From Candidatus Hodarchaeaceae archaeon (lineage in GTDB: Archaea; Hadarchaeota; Hadarchaeia; Hadarchaeales; Hadarchaeaceae), in contig JASEGJ010000010.1 of NCBI GenBank assembly GCA_030018135.1, forward strand, positions 1 through 37,282: a stretch of 37,282 bases of DNA, given 5' to 3'. The translations under genes and the position numbers were made by a program. Below the pieces are notes generated by a model. That model was not told the origin of the DNA. It ran no database searches and saw only the letters and a list, made by a program, of their open reading frames with translations. Shown in pieces: positions 37,165 to 37,282 of the stretch. The number at the start of each line of letters is the position of its first letter. The stretch's first letter is position 1.

Positions 37165-37181
37165 ATATAACAGTGTTATAT
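37165..37181. promoter_or_regulatory. ATAAC-N3-GTTAT operator upstream of thi4
   Basis: ATATAAC-AGT-GTTATAT, perfect 7-bp arms overlapping TATA-like sequence. Confidence 0.65.
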
Positions 37182-37282
37182 TTATTTAAGTCATATCACC
37201 TAATTTTCGCCGTAAAATAGTTCTTGAGATACTTCCTCACAGCTTTTTCCAATCCCTGAAGGTCACCGTAAAACCAGTTGGC

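Noticed and set aside
1-37282. CRISPR array or cas genes
   Set aside because: No regularly spaced direct repeats or Cas motifs seen; the repeats present are tRNA/att and IS-end copies

Overview
Archaeal chromosomal window (TBP, AOR, SepCysS, ArfC-type reductase, BHB-intron tRNAs). The gene mix fits an anaerobic Hadarchaeota/Bathyarchaeia-like lineage, but taxonomy cannot be fixed from sequence alone. 1-9.9 kb is a decayed accessory zone: two broken IS110 transposases, a DDE-transposase remnant, a pseudogenised eIF2alpha-nop10-PAC2 segment and an intact nuclease-less Hef helicase. 10-16.4 kb holds surface phosphatases, a prenyl synthase and AOR. 16.6-19.2 kb is a 2.5-kb SSV-type integrative element in a triple-intron tRNA-Gln(UUG). 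Its integrase is split at the att sites, and the two halves rejoin in frame only if the 19-nt T-loop intron is present; the displaced attR tRNA half has no intron. A second triple-intron tRNA-Gln(CUG) lies 4.2 kb downstream. An IS110 bridge-RNA-like right end has guides matching its own junction, and a transposase-less copy inside the integrated element shows guide/donor covariation. 21-37 kb is mostly cofactor and sulfur-relay genes (MoaD-MoeB fusion, MoaE, HypC-thioesterase fusion, HypD, corrinoid pair, SepCysS, TusA, JAMM, ThiI, Cys-type Thi4). Four loci there share an ATAAC-N3-GTTAT palindrome, one of them preceding a tiny Cys-rich ORF. All family calls are from motif recognition, with no database searches, and some frameshifts may be assembly errors.
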